The translations under genes were made by a program, and so were the position numbers. From Planctomycetota bacterium (GTDB lineage: Bacteria; Planctomycetota; GCA-002687715): DNA of 64,000 nucleotides. Location of the stretch: positions 16,535 to 80,534 of the forward strand of contig SIAO01000008.1 of the NCBI GenBank assembly GCA_009691765.1, in the 5' to 3' direction. This document shows positions 28,981 through 39,739 of the stretch, piece after piece. Below the pieces are notes generated by a model, which saw only the letters and a list, made by a program, of their open reading frames with translations, had not been told where the DNA came from and searched no databases. Position 1 is the first letter of the stretch; each line of letters opens with the position of its first letter.

Positions 28981-30421
28981 AAACCGATCATGCTCCTGCA
29001 ATCCGCTTGAAGGCGCATTTTCACGCCGCGAGGCGCTGCGCACTTTTTCGGGCGGCTTCGGCTTGCTCGCTCTCGGAGCACTCGGCGGGTTCGGAGAACT
29101 CGGCTCTACGCGCACGCCGCAAGACACCGCCGCGAATCCGCTCGCGCCCCACGCACCACACTTTGCAGCGCGCGCGAAACGCATCATCTGGTTGAACATG
29201 GCCGGAGCGCCGAGTCATGTAGACACCTTTGATTACAAGCCCAAGTTGAATGCGGCAGACGGCCAAGCAACCAGCGCCGCGCGGCGTGGTGGTGGCAAGT
29301 GGTTGGGCTCACCCTGGAAGTTCGGCCAGCACGGCCAAAGCGGCCAGTGGATCAGCGAACTGTTCCCCAAGGTCGCAGAGCACGCCGACAAGCTGTGCAT
29401 CCTCAATGGCATGTCCACCGATGTGCCGGCGCATCAACAGGCGGCATTGAAACTGCATACAGGCAATTTCCAATTCGTGCGGCCATCTGTGGGCAGTTGG
29501 ACGCTGTACGGCCTCGGCACAGAGAACCGCAATCTCCCTGGCTTTGTGGCCTTCAGCCCACCCGCAGGCCAAGGCGGTGGCGGCATTCACGGCAGCGCAT
29601 TCTTGCCCGCCATCTTCCAAGGACAGCGCGTGGGAGTGTCGCGTGGTGGCGGGTTGTTCCGTAGCAACAGCCAAGACGATGCCGTGCCCAACATCGAGAA
29701 CGAGCACTACTCGCAAACCGGGCAGCGCGAGCAATTGGACTTCGTTCAGGAATTGAACAAGGAACGCTTGCGAGTGACCGGCGCCGAAGTCGGCACCGAA
29801 GGCGTAATCGAGGCTGCTGAGTTGGCCTTCCGCATGCAAGCCGAAGTGCCCACATTGCTCGACCTCAGTTCTGAATCAAAAAAAACGCAGGACGCCTACG
29901 GCCTCAACAACAATGACACGTCCGGTTTCGGCAAGCAGTGCTTGTTGGCGCGCCGCTTCGCGGAAAAGGGCGTGCGCTTCATCCAACTTTCGCAAGGCGG
30001 ATGGGACCACCACAGAAACTTGCGCAACGATCTCGCGCGCTCAGCGATTTCCGTGGACCAGCCCATCGCAGCGTTGCTCGCAGACCTTGCACAACGCGGT
30101 CTTCTGAAAGACACGCTGGTGCTTTGGGGTGGCGAGTTCGGGCGCACGCCCTACGCACAAGGCGATGACGGCCGCGATCACAACCACAAGGGCTTTACGC
30201 TGTGGATGGCGGGCGGCGGTGTGAAGGGCGGGCTGCGCTACGGCGCCACCGACGAATACGGCATGGAAGCGGTCGATGGGCGTCTGTCGATCCACGATTT
30301 GCACGCCACCATGCTGCACCTCATGGGGCTCGACCACACCAAACTCACGCACCGTTACGCGGGGCGCGATTTCCGGCTGACGGATGTGCACGGCGAAGTC
30401 GCACGCGAAATCCTCGCCTGA
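28970..30421 (+). CDS. DUF1501 family protein (Tat-type signal)
   Basis: SRREAL; GAPSHVDTFDYKP; LLARRFAEKGVRF; WDHH; GEFGRTP; GRDHN; GRDFRLTDV. Confidence 0.95.
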   Translation: MSIENRSCSCNPLEGAFSRREALRTFSGGFGLLALGALGGFGELGSTRTPQDTAANPLAPHAPHFAARAKRIIWLNMAGAPSHVDTFDYKPKLNAADGQATSAARRGGGKWLGSPWKFGQHGQSGQWISELFPKVAEHADKLCILNGMSTDVPAHQQAALKLHTGNFQFVRPSVGSWTLYGLGTENRNLPGFVAFSPPAGQGGGGIHGSAFLPAIFQGQRVGVSRGGGLFRSNSQDDAVPNIENEHYSQTGQREQLDFVQELNKERLRVTGAEVGTEGVIEAAELAFRMQAEVPTLLDLSSESKKTQDAYGLNNNDTSGFGKQCLLARRFAEKGVRFIQLSQGGWDHHRNLRNDLARSAISVDQPIAALLADLAQRGLLKDTLVLWGGEFGRTPYAQGDDGRDHNHKGFTLWMAGGGVKGGLRYGATDEYGMEAVDGRLSIHDLHATMLHLMGLDHTKLTHRYAGRDFRLTDVHGEVAREILA

Positions 30422-32274
30422 GCGCGCACGCCCCGCACCACACTCCGCGGCAAAGGTAGTGCGCGCAAAAAATCCGGACGCAACGAGATATTGCCGCCGG
30501 ACAGCGCGTTGGCTCCTAACTTGCAACGCAACAACTCCGCTGCTGCGCCACCATTCAGCCAATCCGCCAACACTTCGAGGGCCGCGAAGCCTCCGACTTT
30601 GGGAGTCAGCATGAATGTTTGAAGCGCTCCGACGAGTTCGCCTTCTCTATCGAGCAACGCTTCCACACGCCGTGCGAGGCCAGCCACAAGTATTTTCGGC
30701 ACGAGCTGCCGTTGCACTTTGCGGCGCAGGGCTTCCGGCATCGCGTTGAGCATCAAGCGCGGATGCAGTCGATCGCGTTTGGCGTAGCGACAAAGCACTT
30801 GGCCCCACAGGCTTTCTCCGGGCTCGATGAGTCCCGTGGTGATGAAGCGCGGCCCTATGCCATGCTCCGCATCTTCGAGGTGCTCGCGCAGCGCGTAAAA
30901 ATCTTGCACGAAAAATGTGGCGCGCACTTCGAACATCTCGTCGAGCCGCGTTGTTGTGCGCGCTGAAGGCACCGCCACCGTCGGTTGACGCAAGCGCTGC
31001 AACTCTTCCCACCACTGTGCTGAATGCACGACGCCACGGCAACGAAACGGCTGCTTTGTGCCTGAAGCAAACTCCACTTGCGTCTCGGCCTCATGCCCCA
31101 ACGTGAGCAAGCACACATGCACATCTGCGCCACTGAACAGATCGCAACGCTCTGGCAAGCGCACTTTCACGGGCCGCAAGCACTTCATCGCGGTCGAGCG
31201 CACTCCGGCAGCACCAGCAGCACTGAGAACACTGCGCGGCAAGACGAAAGCGATGTGGCCCGTCGCGTTCACAAGATGCAGCGCCTGCGCAAGAAACGCA
31301 TGAGACAGATCGGAACTTGCGCACAGCTCGGGATAGAGCGCCGCGCGGATGGCCGGCAGCAACGTGCGCGTCCCGCCTTCCATGGCGTTGGCAAACGGCG
31401 GATTCCCGATGATCAGATCGAAGCCTCCACGCTGCGCGACCGCCGCGAAACTGCTGTTCCAGTCCACGACACTCGCAGATTCAGAATGCGCCGCACGCAA
31501 AGACGTATCCAACGCCACATTCAACGCCGCACTCTGCGACTCGGTTGCCGAAGTGCCGAAGCGCGGGCCCGCCAGCGCGTCGCCATGAACCAACAGAGGA
31601 GCAGACCAACCCGCCGCCGTGAAACGCACACGTGCTGCTGCCAGCGCGAGCGCATCGACATCCGCCCCTGCAATGCACGCGACAGCGAGGGAACGCGCCT
31701 CTGGCACACTCATCCCCTGCATCACGCACGCTTGTTCCAATCGCTGCGCCATCGCCCACAAGAACGCGCCGCTGCCACATGCCGGATCCAAGATGCGCAG
31801 TGCGCGTAGCCGGGCGACAGATGCGCTCGCCGTTTCGAGCGGCTGGAGCAACGGATCCAGCGCATCGTCGAGCAACATCTGCACCAAGGCTGGGGGCGTG
31901 TAGTACGAGCCATGACGCCGCCGTTTTGCACGCGAAGTGCTGCGTGGTTCCAGCGCCAACAATTCATCCAAACGGGCAGCCACGAGCTCGGGTCGCAGCA
32001 CATCCTGCAACGAGAGCGCGTCGACAAGTGTGCTGACACTTAAGTCAGGTGCGATCCCAAGCAAGCTGCGCACCAAGACCGCAGATTTCGTTTCGCCAAA
32101 CTCACTCAGCAAGCGACGAAAGCCCGCGAGCGTCGCATCCGTAGCGCGGACACGACGATCTAACGCACCGACACGAAGTGCCGGCGCGCGAGGACGCACC
32201 CCGACCCTGCCGGCAGCACTGTTCCTCCCCGCCCGGGAGGCCGCAGCGCTGCGCGGCCGATTTTCCAACCCCAT
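30355..32274 (-). CDS. N6-adenine DNA methyltransferase (gamma class, Eco57I/TaqI-like), no cognate nuclease nearby
   Basis: HGSYYTP, ILDPACGSGAFL (motif I), FDLIIGNPPF (motif IV); start uncertain. Confidence 0.85.
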   Translation of the reverse strand: MGLENRPRSAAASRAGRNSAAGRVGVRPRAPALRVGALDRRVRATDATLAGFRRLLSEFGETKSAVLVRSLLGIAPDLSVSTLVDALSLQDVLRPELVAARLDELLALEPRSTSRAKRRRHGSYYTPPALVQMLLDDALDPLLQPLETASASVARLRALRILDPACGSGAFLWAMAQRLEQACVMQGMSVPEARSLAVACIAGADVDALALAAARVRFTAAGWSAPLLVHGDALAGPRFGTSATESQSAALNVALDTSLRAAHSESASVVDWNSSFAAVAQRGGFDLIIGNPPFANAMEGGTRTLLPAIRAALYPELCASSDLSHAFLAQALHLVNATGHIAFVLPRSVLSAAGAAGVRSTAMKCLRPVKVRLPERCDLFSGADVHVCLLTLGHEAETQVEFASGTKQPFRCRGVVHSAQWWEELQRLRQPTVAVPSARTTTRLDEMFEVRATFFVQDFYALREHLEDAEHGIGPRFITTGLIEPGESLWGQVLCRYAKRDRLHPRLMLNAMPEALRRKVQRQLVPKILVAGLARRVEALLDREGELVGALQTFMLTPKVGGFAALEVLADWLNGGAAAELLRCKLGANALSGGNISLRPDFLRALPLPRSVVRGVRAQARISRATSPCTSVSRKSRPA

Positions 32275-32366
32275 GGTTGCAGATTTTTCCCGCTCCGCGA
32301 CGAACTGTCCAGTGGGCGCGCAATTTGATGCCGGGAATAGAATCTCGGTTCCCCAGACAGGACCCT

Positions 32367-35300
32367 ATGCACCAGCGCACTGCCACGCTTCGAATCATGA
32401 TCGTGCTTTCCCTTCTTGTCGGCGCACTCGCAGCGCAGGAGCACCGCGTGCTGCGCTTCGAAGTGAAGTCGCTCGACCAACGTTTCATGGCCGAAGGGGC
32501 CGCGTACGTAGACATCAACGGCGACGGCATCCTCGATGCTGTGAACGCTGATCGTTGGTGGCGCGGTCCAGATTTCACCGCTTCCACACTGTGGAGCAAC
32601 GCGCAACCGTTCGATCCTGCTCGCTATTCTGAGACATTTTTCATCTGGGGCGACGACCTCGACGCTGACGGCGACAACGACTTGCTCGTCGTGGGCTTTC
32701 CCGGCAAAGAGCTGCGCTGGCATGAAAACCCCGGGCGTGATGCCACAGATGTTTGGCCGCGCCATGTGGTGTTTGAAGGCGTCGACAACGAATCTCCGGC
32801 CTACGAAAACCTCGTCGGCGATGCGCGACGCGAAGTGGTAGCGATGCACGCCGGCCGCATGGGTTGGATTGCCCCTGCCAATCTCGCAGATCTGCGCACT
32901 GCTTGGAGTTTTCACCCCATCTCCGTTGCAGGACTCGGTGGCGCGTTCACTCATGGGCTGGGTGTCGGCGACTTGAATGGCGACCAACGCGCAGATGTGC
33001 TCTGGAAACAAGGGTTTTGGCTGCAACCCGAGGGTGCAGAGACTCTCGCCGAGTGGCCCTACACGCCGTGGGCTTTCGCAGGCCCTGGTGGCGCACAAAT
33101 GCTCGTCTTCGATGCCGATGGCGATGGCATGAACGATGTGGTGAGTGCAGACGCTGCACATGGCTACGGCCTTGTCGCTCACTTGCAGCGCCGGGGGCGT
33201 GAAGGCGGCGTGGGTTTCGCTGCGCTGCGCATCATGGGCTCAGTGCCAGAACAAAACACCTATGGATGTTGCGTCGGTGGACTGCACGCGGCGGCTCTCG
33301 CGGACTTGAGCGGCGATGGCATCCCGGATGTCGTCACTGGCAACCGTCCTTGGGCACACATGGGACACGATCCTGCGGACAAAGGCCCCGCGACACTTTT
33401 GTGGTTTGAAACACAACGCGGCCCTGCGCCAAGCGAAGTGCACTTCATTCCGCATGTCATTGATGACGTCACGGGAGTTGGCACGCAAGTCAGCGTGGCG
33501 GACATCCAAGGCGACGGCGCTGCGGACATCGTGGTGTCCAACAAACGCGGATTTGTCGTGGTCCAAGGACGCGCAGAGATGGTTGGTCGCCGAGCTTGGC
33601 AAGCCGCGAACCCCAAAGCCATCGCGAACTACGACCCTGAAGCCACGCAACGTCAAGATTGGGCAGCCATCGGTGAATCCCCCCGCAACGCGGAAGGCCA
33701 AGTGCTGAACTTCGACTTCGAAGCGGGTTCGCTCAGCGGATGGAGTGTGGAAGGCAACGCTTTCGCGGGGCAGCCAGTGCGAGGCGACCGCGTGCATGCG
33801 CGCCGCAGCGACATGCACAGCAATCATCTCGGGGAATACTGGATCGGGAGCTACGAATCAGCGCACCACGACGCAGCCCTTGGGAGCATGGTTTCACCAG
33901 CGTTTGTGCTGCACAAAGCGTGGGTGAGTTTCCTCGTGGCGGGCGGGCCTTGGGCCGAAACGCGCGTCGAGATTGCGCGGAAAGACAACGGCGCGGTGCT
34001 GGCTCGCGCCAGTGGCAAGGAGAGCGAAGAGCTCGCCCCGGTGGCCTTCAATCTTACGGAGCACGTGGGCACATTGGTGGAAGTGCGCGTGATCGACGAA
34101 CGCCAAGGCCACTGGGGGCATATCAACTTCGATCATCTGCGCCTGCACGACACTGAGCCACAATTCGGAGCGCGCACACAGGCTCCAAGTCCTGAGGAAC
34201 AGCTCAACGGTTTTACGGCCGCGGTTGCCGCAGCACGCATGACGGTTCCGGAAGGCTTCGAAGTTGATGCTCTCGCGGCAGAGCCGATGGTGCATCAGCC
34301 CATCGCCATGACCATCGACGCGCGTGGGCGCATCTGGATTGCGGAGGCCTACGCCTATCCGCAGCGCCAACCGGAGGGCCAAGGTCGCGACCGTATTCTT
34401 GTGCTGGAAGACCGCGACAAAGACACGCACTTCGAAACCGCGACGGTGTTTCAAACCGGACTGAACTTGGTGAGCGGACTCGAAGTCGGACACGGCGGTG
34501 TGTTTGTCGGTGCGGCACCTTGGTTGCTGTTCATCCCCGACCGCAACGACGACCTCGTCCCCGATGCAGCGCCGGAGATCTTGTTGGATGGCTTTGGTTT
34601 TCAAGACACGCACGAAACACTCAACGCTTTTTGTTTCGGCCCCGACGGCTGGCTTTATGGCTGCCATGGCGTGTTCACGCACAGCCGCGTCGGCGCGCCG
34701 GGCACACCTGACAAAGAACGCATTCCCCTGAATGCCGCGGTGTGGCGCTGGCACCCAAAGCGCCGCGTGTTTGAAGTGTTTGCTGCGGGCACTTCAAATC
34801 CATGGGGCCTCGATTTCGATGAACACGGCGAGGCATTCGTCAGCGCCTGCGTCATCCCGCACCTCTATCACATCGTGCCGGGTGGCCGTTACGAACGCCA
34901 AGCCGGTGCGCATTTCGAACCTTGGGTGCGTGAAGACATTCAGACCATCGCGGACCATCGCCACTACGTTGGAGAAAACCCTCACGCTGGCAACGAAACC
35001 TCAGCGAGCGCTGGTGGCGGCCACGCACACTGCGGCTTGATCTGCTACCTCGGCGACAAGTTCCCCGCCGAATGGCGCGGTGCGTTGCTCATGGACAACA
35101 TCCACGGCAACAGATTGAACAGCGACAGGTTGAGCCCGAAGGCGTCGAGTTTTGTTGCAAGTCATGGACCAGACGCACTGCTTTCGAACGACAAGTTTTT
35201 TCGTGGCATCGCATTCCGCGCCGCGCCCGACGGCAGTGTGGTTTTCACCGATTGGTACGACCGCCAAGCCTGCCACCGCAACGAGCCAGCCATTTGGGAT

Positions 35301-37628
35301 CGCTCGAATGGGCGTGTGTATCGCTTGCGTTACGGCGCAGCGCAAGCATGGACTGAAGATCTCGCCACGCTCGACAACGCAGCCCTCATCGCGTTGCTCG
35401 CGAATCGCGATGCGTGGCATGAGCGCAAAGCACGAGAAGTTCTGGCTACGCGCACGCTGTCGTCTTCCGACACAGCACTGTTGGAGGCGCTGTTCCATGG
35501 CGATGATGCGCTGCTGCGCCTGCGAGCGCTTTGGGCCCTGGCTTGCACCAACACTCTCACTCGCGCGCAACTCGCGAAGGCACTGAGCGATCGTGACAAG
35601 TCTTTGCGCGCGTGGGGTGTGAGGCTCAGCGCTGAAGGCAATGCCCTGTCCGTCGCAGAACACACGCGCTTCCTTGCGCTCGCGCAGTCAGACCCCTCCG
35701 CAGTCGTGCGCCGCGAACTTGCATCAGCATTGCAACGCTTGCCGCTCAGCGAGCGTCAGGGCATTGCTACCGCTCTCGCGCAGCACGCCGAAGACGCCGA
35801 CGATCCGCAGATTCCCGTGTTGCTGTGGGTGGCTGTCGCTCCGCTTGCACGCGAACAACCAGAGGCGTGCGCCGCACTGGCTGCCGAGACGCGCATCCCC
35901 AAACTCGCTCGCTGGTGCGCTGAACGGCTCGCCGAACTTGGCGACAGCGCGGTGACGGCTCTCGCGCACGCAACGGATGCGACGCCCGCATTGCGCGCAA
36001 TCGCTCTTGCTGCACTACAGCGCGCCGTTGCAGCGGGCCACAAGCTGGCGCTCACGGTCGAACTGCGCCAGTTGCTGAATCACGCGGCCGCTGATGAGAG
36101 CAATGGAAATGACGGCGTTTTTCTTGCTGCCTTACTCGGCGTCGAAGAACAGCGCGAAGTCCTGCGCAAACTCGCCACAGACCACGCTGCGGATGTGAAG
36201 ACTCGCCTCGAAGCCCTTCGTGTCTTGGCATTGAGACCACAGCTTGCAGAAGTGCCCATGCTGATAGACGCACTGCAAGAACCCGTGTTGGCAGAGACCA
36301 GCGTGAGTGCACTTTCCACCATGGACGACAAGTCCGCGCGGGAAGCGCTCCTCGCTGCCGCACCGCACCTGCAAGCCGCTGCGCTCCTGCGTTGCGTTGC
36401 CACCTTGGCCGCGCGTCCAGAATCGGCGCTTGCTCTCTTGGAACTCGTCGCGAAAAAACGGCTCCCACGCGATGTCCTCGACGCCCCGACACGCCGCCTG
36501 TTGGCCTTGCATCATGATGAAACTGTGAGCGCCGCCCTCGAACGCGTCTGGGGGCGCGTGCGCGAACAAGGCAAAGCTACAGAACGCATCGAAGCCCTAC
36601 TGAAACGCTGCACTCCGGCGGCTCTGGCGCACGCGGACTTGGCGCACGGCCGCGCGCTCTACGCACGCACATGTCGCAACTGCCACAAACTCTTTGATGA
36701 TGGCCGCAGCGTCGGTCCAGAAATTACCGGCAGCAACCGTGCCGACCTGCGTTATCTCTTGAGCAACATTCTTGATCCTTCAGCAGAAGTTGCCAACGAT
36801 TACCGCTTGGTGAATGTGCGCATGGAAGATGGACGTTTGCTTTCGGGCGTGCTGGCGCGTGAAGACGAGACCTCGCTGGAATTACTCGCACAAGACGCCA
36901 CACATCAGCTTCGTCGTGCGGACATCGCCATCGGTGCTGATGGCACGCGCGATCTGTGGCATGGCGAAGCGTCAATGATGCCCGAAGACCAACTCGTGGG
37001 CATGTCAGAACCTGACATCTTCGCTTTGCTCGCCTACCTGCGCTCGCCGCAGCAGACTCCCATGCGCGCCGACGAACGCACCTTGCCGCTGTTTTTCGAT
37101 GGCACCTCGCTTGCCATGTTTCGTGGCGATCCCCAAGTTTGGAGTGTTGAAAACGGCGCGATCGTGGGACGCACCACCGGTCTGCGCGAGAACAGTTTCC
37201 TTGTGTCCGAATTGCTGCTGCGAGATTTCCGCCTTAGCGTCGATGTTGAACTCAAAGGCAACCTCGGCAACAGCGGCATTCAATTCCGCAGCGAGCCCCA
37301 CGGCGAAAACAGCGTTGCGGGCTACCAAGCCGACATCGGCGTCGGTTGGTGGGGCAAACTCTATGAAGAGCACGGACGCGGCGTGATCGCAACACCCGAA
37401 GGTCCAGAACCCGGAGGCGCGGGCGTGCATCGCTACGAGATCGTTGCGGTCGGCGAGCGCATTCTCATCGCGCTCGATGGAAAGCAGTGCTGCGATCTGA
37501 ACGACCCCACTGGACGACGCGAAGGACGCATCGCCTTCCAAGTGCACTCGGGCGGAGCCACCGAAGTGCGCTTCACGGCACTGCGTTTGGAAGCCGCAAC
37601 GGAAGCCAAACTCACTACGTTGCGCTGA
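32367..37628 (+). CDS. Large PVC-type heme-binding (CxxCH) dehydrogenase-domain protein with FG-GAP repeats, HEAT repeats and DUF1080
   Basis: Signal peptide; DINGDG/DLNGD repeats; AAEPMVHQPIAMTIDARGRIW; GPDGWLYG; GTSNPWG; TCRNCH..GPEITG; NSGIQFRS, GYQADIG, FQVH. Confidence 0.92.
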   Translation: MHQRTATLRIMIVLSLLVGALAAQEHRVLRFEVKSLDQRFMAEGAAYVDINGDGILDAVNADRWWRGPDFTASTLWSNAQPFDPARYSETFFIWGDDLDADGDNDLLVVGFPGKELRWHENPGRDATDVWPRHVVFEGVDNESPAYENLVGDARREVVAMHAGRMGWIAPANLADLRTAWSFHPISVAGLGGAFTHGLGVGDLNGDQRADVLWKQGFWLQPEGAETLAEWPYTPWAFAGPGGAQMLVFDADGDGMNDVVSADAAHGYGLVAHLQRRGREGGVGFAALRIMGSVPEQNTYGCCVGGLHAAALADLSGDGIPDVVTGNRPWAHMGHDPADKGPATLLWFETQRGPAPSEVHFIPHVIDDVTGVGTQVSVADIQGDGAADIVVSNKRGFVVVQGRAEMVGRRAWQAANPKAIANYDPEATQRQDWAAIGESPRNAEGQVLNFDFEAGSLSGWSVEGNAFAGQPVRGDRVHARRSDMHSNHLGEYWIGSYESAHHDAALGSMVSPAFVLHKAWVSFLVAGGPWAETRVEIARKDNGAVLARASGKESEELAPVAFNLTEHVGTLVEVRVIDERQGHWGHINFDHLRLHDTEPQFGARTQAPSPEEQLNGFTAAVAAARMTVPEGFEVDALAAEPMVHQPIAMTIDARGRIWIAEAYAYPQRQPEGQGRDRILVLEDRDKDTHFETATVFQTGLNLVSGLEVGHGGVFVGAAPWLLFIPDRNDDLVPDAAPEILLDGFGFQDTHETLNAFCFGPDGWLYGCHGVFTHSRVGAPGTPDKERIPLNAAVWRWHPKRRVFEVFAAGTSNPWGLDFDEHGEAFVSACVIPHLYHIVPGGRYERQAGAHFEPWVREDIQTIADHRHYVGENPHAGNETSASAGGGHAHCGLICYLGDKFPAEWRGALLMDNIHGNRLNSDRLSPKASSFVASHGPDALLSNDKFFRGIAFRAAPDGSVVFTDWYDRQACHRNEPAIWDRSNGRVYRLRYGAAQAWTEDLATLDNAALIALLANRDAWHERKAREVLATRTLSSSDTALLEALFHGDDALLRLRALWALACTNTLTRAQLAKALSDRDKSLRAWGVRLSAEGNALSVAEHTRFLALAQSDPSAVVRRELASALQRLPLSERQGIATALAQHAEDADDPQIPVLLWVAVAPLAREQPEACAALAAETRIPKLARWCAERLAELGDSAVTALAHATDATPALRAIALAALQRAVAAGHKLALTVELRQLLNHAAADESNGNDGVFLAALLGVEEQREVLRKLATDHAADVKTRLEALRVLALRPQLAEVPMLIDALQEPVLAETSVSALSTMDDKSAREALLAAAPHLQAAALLRCVATLAARPESALALLELVAKKRLPRDVLDAPTRRLLALHHDETVSAALERVWGRVREQGKATERIEALLKRCTPAALAHADLAHGRALYARTCRNCHKLFDDGRSVGPEITGSNRADLRYLLSNILDPSAEVANDYRLVNVRMEDGRLLSGVLAREDETSLELLAQDATHQLRRADIAIGADGTRDLWHGEASMMPEDQLVGMSEPDIFALLAYLRSPQQTPMRADERTLPLFFDGTSLAMFRGDPQVWSVENGAIVGRTTGLRENSFLVSELLLRDFRLSVDVELKGNLGNSGIQFRSEPHGENSVAGYQADIGVGWWGKLYEEHGRGVIATPEGPEPGGAGVHRYEIVAVGERILIALDGKQCCDLNDPTGRREGRIAFQVHSGGATEVRFTALRLEAATEAKLTTLR

Positions 37629-37642
37629 CTCAAAAGTACGAC

Positions 37643-37668
37643 GGGCCCGACGCTTGCGCGCCGGACCC
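37643..37668 (-). terminator. Hairpin just 3' of tRNA-Met
   Basis: Minus strand GGGTCCGGCGC-gcaa-GCGTCGGGCCC followed after a few bases by TTTT. Confidence 0.5.
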
Positions 37669-37670
37669 GA

Positions 37671-37744
37671 TAGCGGCGATAGGATTCGAACCTATGACCC
37701 GCGGCTTATGAATCCGCTGCTCTAACCAACTGAGCTACGCCGCC
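37671..37744 (-). tRNA. tRNA-Met(CAT), elongator type (Ile2 not excluded)
   Basis: Reverse complement GGCGGCGTAGCTCAGTTGGTTAGAGCAGCGGATTCATAAGCCGCGGGTCATAGGTTCGAATCCTATCGCCGCTA; no initiator GGG/CCC anticodon stem. Confidence 0.93.
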
Positions 37745-37799
37745 ATGGCGCTCCGTGGTGATATCAGTCGACCCTACCCCGAACAAGCCGGAACGAGCC

Positions 37800-38618
37800 T
37801 CAGCGCAGTGCTTGCCCGGGCACTAAATCGGGGATGGCGCTAGCGATCCACGCAGGATTTGTGAGTGCTTCAGGAACGCAGCGGAGCGGAATCCCACCCG
37901 GCCCAAGAATGCGCCCGCCACAGGCCTGGACGATGGCATCAGCGGCCACGGTGTCCCAGATTTTCGTCCCACCGGCGCTCATAGCCGCATGCGCATGAGC
38001 ATCGGCAATGTGAACGATTTTCAAAGCCGCACCACGCGGCGCAGTTTGATGCGGCGGCAAGCAAGACAGCAGCGCTTCCAACCGTTTCGAGCGATGCCAA
38101 CGCGAAGTCAGCACCTGCAATTCTTCCCCTTTGCGCCACGGCAACATGCCGCGCAGTGGGCGTTCAGATCCATCGGCGCGCACAAGCCACGCACCGACGC
38201 CACGCACACCAACAAAGCTGCACGCCTGAGCAGGATGATGCACTACGCCGAAGTGGACTTCACCGTCGAGCACGAGACCGATATTGACGCAATACTCGCT
38301 ACCACCGCGCACAAACTCTGCGGTTCCGTCGAGAGGATCGACCGCCCAGAACGTGGTTGAGCTCCCCGGATCGAATGCGCCGACGTCCTCTTCGGAGAGC
38401 AGCGCAACTCCGGGTGTCGCGCGTTGAAGGCCAACAACGATCACATCATGCGCTGCAAGATCTGCATCGGTGACGGCTGAATGGTCCTCTTTGCGGCGCA
38501 CGCCGAGATCCGGGCGCGCAGCGACTTCGAGAATGGCCGCACCCGCACGCCGCGCGATGGCTTCCAGCTCACGCGCCAACTTCGTCCCGCGCTGAAAGTT
38601 CAGCGCCTCATCAAGCAA
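37800..38618 (-). CDS. cysQ: 3'(2'),5'-bisphosphate nucleotidase CysQ (inositol monophosphatase family)
   Basis: [32 protein letters not shown]; start probably TTG overlapping the fbaB stop. Confidence 0.85.
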   Translation of the reverse strand: MLDEALNFQRGTKLARELEAIARRAGAAILEVAARPDLGVRRKEDHSAVTDADLAAHDVIVVGLQRATPGVALLSEEDVGAFDPGSSTTFWAVDPLDGTAEFVRGGSEYCVNIGLVLDGEVHFGVVHHPAQACSFVGVRGVGAWLVRADGSERPLRGMLPWRKGEELQVLTSRWHRSKRLEALLSCLPPHQTAPRGAALKIVHIADAHAHAAMSAGGTKIWDTVAADAIVQACGGRILGPGGIPLRCVPEALTNPAWIASAIPDLVPGQALR

Positions 38619-39672
38619 TGCTGACCTGCGGGCACAGGTAAACATCTTGAATGGCGTTTAGCAGTTTGACTCCGTCAGCCATGGGCTTTTGAAAGGCCTT
38701 GCGCCCAGAAATCAGACCTGTGCCACCAGCGCGCTTATTCACGACTGCGGTGGTGACCGCATCGACCATGTCGTTGGCCCCTGAAGCCCCACCGCTGTTG
38801 ATCAACCCTGCGCGGCCCATGTAGCAATTCGCAAGCTGATAGCGCGTGAGGTCGATGGGATTGTCGCTGCTCAACTTGTCATAGACCTTGCTCGAGGTCT
38901 TGCCGAAGTTCTGCAACGCTTTGTAGCCGCCATTGTTCTCCGGGAGCTTCTGCTTGATGATGTCGGCTTCCAGCGTGACGCCGAGGTGATTCGCTTGACC
39001 GGTGAGGTCCGCCGCTGCGTGATAATCCACGCCGCCTTGCTTGAAGGACGCATTGCGCAAGTAGCACCACAGCACGGTGAACATGCCGAGCTCGTGCGCG
39101 CGCGCAAAAGCGGCGCTCACTTCTTGCAATTGACGATGCGATTCTTCCGTGCCCCAGTAAATTGTGGCGCCGACACCCACGCAACCCATCTCGAAGGCGC
39201 GCTCGACACTGCCGAACATGATCTGGTCGTAGGTGTTCGGGTAACTGAGCAGTTCGTTGTGATTGAACTTCATGATCATGGGAATGCGATGCGCGTAGCG
39301 GCGCGCCACCGAACCCAAAACGCCGTAGGTGCTGGCTACGGCGTTGCAGCCGCCTTCAATCGCCAACTCGCAGATGTTCGCGGGGTCGAAATACTGAGGC
39401 TCGGGAGCGAACGATGCACCAGCGCTGTGCTCGATGCCTTGGTCCACAGGCAAGATGCTCACATAGCCAGTGCCGGCGAGCCGCCCGCTGTTGAAAAGCG
39501 TGCCGAGATTGCGCAGCACATTGGGACGACGATCTGAGTGCACCATCACGCGGTCGATGAAATCGGGACCTGGCAAATGCAGTTGGCTCTTCGCGATTGT
39601 GCGGCACTCATGAGTCAACAGTGTGCTGTTGGCGCCAAGCAACTCTTGGATCTTGGTGAAAGTGGCGCTCAT
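38611..39672 (-). CDS. fbaB: Class I fructose-bisphosphate aldolase (FbaB/DhnA)
   Basis: [59 protein letters not shown]. Confidence 0.96.
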   Translation of the reverse strand: MSATFTKIQELLGANSTLLTHECRTIAKSQLHLPGPDFIDRVMVHSDRRPNVLRNLGTLFNSGRLAGTGYVSILPVDQGIEHSAGASFAPEPQYFDPANICELAIEGGCNAVASTYGVLGSVARRYAHRIPMIMKFNHNELLSYPNTYDQIMFGSVERAFEMGCVGVGATIYWGTEESHRQLQEVSAAFARAHELGMFTVLWCYLRNASFKQGGVDYHAAADLTGQANHLGVTLEADIIKQKLPENNGGYKALQNFGKTSSKVYDKLSSDNPIDLTRYQLANCYMGRAGLINSGGASGANDMVDAVTTAVVNKRAGGTGLISGRKAFQKPMADGVKLLNAIQDVYLCPQVSIA

Positions 39673-39739
39673 GATGCTCTCCGTGCAGCCGGACTGCACT
39701 TGATGGTCTGATGGGTCACAGAGCTTACCCCGGCGGGAT

